DNA of 64,000 nucleotides from Phyllosticta citribraziliensis (Eukaryota): NCBI RefSeq assembly GCF_038025025.1, contig NW_027117338.1, positions 1,116,001 to 1,180,000 of the forward strand, read 5' to 3'. Shown piece by piece: positions 61,298 to 64,000 of this stretch (position 1 is its first letter; each line of letters starts with the position of its first letter). The notes under the pieces were generated by a model. It saw only the letters and a program-made list of their open reading frames with translations, ran no database searches and was not told where the DNA came from. The position numbers and the translations under genes were made by a program.

Positions 61298-62038
61298 CCT
61301 GTGGTCGCGGGGTGACGAGATGAAGTGGTAACGGACACGGAGGGCGTGCGAATTGGCAGACGCGTCGCGCGGTGAACTCTAACCTGAAACAGATGGTGCG
61401 ATCACCTCGTAATCCACTACTATTCGAGTTCGCCCTTGGCGATCTTGGAGACGTTGGAAGAACTGTTTGGTGCTGATAGAAGGTATCCTGATGGCTGTGA
61501 TTCACAGAGAATCCAAACAGTCGGTGGAGTGCGGGGAGGGCAGGAAATCAGGGTGTCGCTGCCAAAAGTGACTTGAAGTGCACGGGCCTGAACACTAATG
61601 AAAGGTGCCTGAACTGGCAGTCCAGGTAGAAGTTGCCTCGTCACGCTGGCTGGGCCTGGGAGCTTCAACTGCTGTGATGCTCCTCGACCAGGGTCGTTGT
61701 TGGATACGACATTGGAGAACTACGCGCACGTAATATTTCTAGAGGCTGTGTAGAGCATAGGTATGTTTTCAGCCAAGCGACAGATGCAGATCATGACGCT
61801 TCAGATCAAACGTGTTCGAAGTTCATGCGGGACTTGATTCAGGTCGATATCTAAGGTGGACTTTCATCGCACCATTTCCTGTATCAGCGTCCCGAGGTAT
61901 TCCTTTCCCAATGCGCGATTGAGCTCGAAAAGCGACACCATGGCGTCGTGCAGTTTTGATCTACCCAGCGTACGCTACAAGCCCGGTTCCCGTAGCATAA
62001 GCTTTTTGTCCCATGAAGAAATGCAACCCGTAACCCGC

Positions 62039-62762
62039 TTAGAACTTGCTGAACTTCTTGACGGCCTTGCCGGTGCGGGGAAGCACGCGGAGGACGTTGA
62101 AGCGGACCTTGATTCCAAGTCAGTAAATTTGTCTCCAATTCAGCCGAGCCGGTGTCGTTCGCCGTCGGAAGGCTTTGGGGGGTTTGAGACGAACAGTCTT
62201 GCTCAGAGGCCTGCACTGGCCAACAGTGACCTGGTCACCCTCCTCGACACGGAAAGCGGGGGAGACGTGAGCAGCCAGGTTCTTGTGCCTCTTCTCGTAA
62301 CGGTTGTACTTGGGAATGTAGTGGAGGTACTCGCGGCGGATGACGAGAGTGCGGTGCATCTTGGTGGAAACGACGGTGCCGGTGAGGATACGGCCGCGGA
62401 TGGAGACGAGACCAGTGAAGGGGCACTTCTTGTCTGCAAAGGAAAACACGGTCAGCTTGCGATCCCGAAGCTTTGAAACCTCGCCGTCCATTGATTCTCG
62501 CCGGGTGGAGCCAAGCAAATAGATATCTTGCTATTCCAACTCTTCCAAAAGTGTCCTCCAAGCTATTCCTCGCGAAGATTTCCCACGTACCGATGTAGGA
62601 ACCCTCAATGGCGTTCTTGGGCGTCCTGAAGCCCAGACCAACGTCCTTGTGCCATCTCCTGCCACCCTTTCCGACGCGCTTGCCCTGGGCCTTGGAGTTG
62701 ATGTTGATGTGAGGCTGCTTCTGGAAAGCGCGCTCGCTCTGGACGGTAAGCTCGGTCGCCAT
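62039..62762 (-). CDS. RPS11: 40S ribosomal protein S11 (uS17)
   Basis: Exons 62762-62591, 62433-62195, 62107-62039. Motifs [40 protein letters not shown]. Confidence 0.98.
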
Positions 62763-62856
62763 GGTTGCTGGGCGGGTGTTTTTCGAGTGGTGGGATCGGG
62801 CGGCTGAGCGGTGTCGTCGGTGTCGTCGCAGCGGTAGACGGATTTTTCGACAAACG

Positions 62857-62899
62857 CCCGCCCGTGGGCGGGACTTGCCCGCTTAGTCACGACTAAGCG
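62857..62899. promoter_or_regulatory. Two adjacent perfect inverted repeats in the RPS11/SPC105 divergent promoter
   Basis: CCCGCCC-GT-GGGCGGG at 62857-62872 and CGCTTAGTC-AC-GACTAAGCG at 62880-62899. A regulatory role is inferred from position. Confidence 0.5.
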
Positions 62900-63047
62900 A
62901 AGGGCCCGTGCGTTACCGCCTCCCAATTCGGAAGCAGAACAACAGTGTAAACAACAACACCCCGACCTCGTCCGATGAGTCGAGCTCCACGCCCTCGCAC
63001 ATCCTCGAGTCCCCCGGCTGGACACTGCAATCAAACCAACCTCCATC

Positions 63048-64000
63048 ATGTCTGCGGATCTCGACAAGGAGAACATCGCCGAGGGCCTCTCTGTCGGCGC
63101 GACCGCCGAGAAGTCCGCGTTATCGCCTAAGAAATCCGGGCGTAAGACGCGAAGCAAAAGCATAGGGCCTGGAGGACTTGAAGTGCCCCTTAAGGAAAAC
63201 AGCGGCAATCGCAGAAAGGTCTGCACGTTCGCGATTCTCTCCCCTTGTGCAGTCTGCTAATGTTCGCAGTCTGCGATGCCGGTTGTACCTGTAAAATCTA
63301 TTCTGTCGCGCGAAGACGAAGTCAAGAGAAGGGAAGAGCGTCGAAAGTCTCTGGGTATGAAGTTGGCTATGGAAACTACCATGCCGGTCCGCTAACTGCG
63401 CGTCTAGCAAAGCGACGCGTCTCCTTCGCACCCGAAGCGACATTGCATACCTGGGATGTTGTGGAATACATGCGCGATGCCACTTCGTCATCAGCATCAT
63501 CCAACTCTACACGCCGAGAATCGAATGCCACCCACGCACATTCTTCCCCCGAGCGCGCCAGCGCTGGTGCCGCCGATCCACCATCGACCCCCCCGGAGCA
63601 AGCGGAGGATGATCTCACAGAATCCTCACCCGAAAGACAACGCGATTTACACCAGAAAAAGCATCGGCGGAGCTCTGGCATCCCACCAATGAATTTCAAC
63701 GATCCCAATGCTGAACTGTCCTCCAGCCCGTACAGCGGAAGTTCTGCCGCGGGTAGCGATGAAGTTGAAGTGGCCTCGGACGACGATGACGACGGCAGCA
63801 CTATGATGAGTTTGGATGTTGCCGATGATAACGAACCAACTACAGCCTCTGTCGCATCCAACGACTCCACGGGATCGAGCGCTCGGTTGGACGCCGCTTT
63901 GCGAGAAGCCGCCGCGCATGCCGGGACACGGAGACTTGACTTTGACGAGGAGGAGGATGAGTCTATGGAAATGGCAGGTGATGAGATAACTGCGGCTTTC
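63048..64000 (+). CDS. SPC105: Kinetochore protein Spc105/Spc7/KNL1, N-terminal part (runs off the window)
   Basis: Exons 63048-63218, 63270-63354, 63408->64000. PP1-docking motifs KSIL and RRVSF, APEATLHTW, RSKSIGPG, and a first MELT-like motif (SMEMA). Confidence 0.9.

Overview
Gene-dense fungal chromosomal DNA from a filamentous ascomycete, probably a Dothideomycete (inferred from short GT-AG introns with CTRAC branch points and from gene content). I can support 24 protein-coding genes, mostly spliced by hand from the sequence: GH36/Sip1 (partial), RTT10/TRM734, SPT5, an uncharacterised protein with an ADP-ribosyltransferase-like domain, CCC1, an AUR1/PAP2-like protein, a membrane-anchored pepsin-like protein, an orphan, NAT4, LYRM2-like, RAL2/MDS3, PRX1, a DHA1 MFS transporter, a Gfo/Idh/MocA oxidoreductase, ACC deaminase, an FAD monooxygenase, a DUF1748 microprotein, pyruvate kinase, FAT1, a PTH11-like protein, RAD2, EZH2/KMT6, RPS11 and SPC105 (partial). 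There are also two inverted intron-containing tRNA-Pro(AGG) genes. I recognised no transposon, rRNA or CRISPR array. Four observations stand out: (1) an intronless ACC deaminase that reads like a proteobacterial AcdS, a horizontal transfer candidate, within a co-oriented enzyme trio; (2) a frameshift inside the SET domain of the Polycomb H3K27 methyltransferase; (3) a probably nuclear protein combining Myb-like and R-S-E ART-like domains; (4) an unexplained 2.9-kb spacer with mirror-image base composition between two convergent genes. All family assignments come from motif recognition and recall, not database searches.
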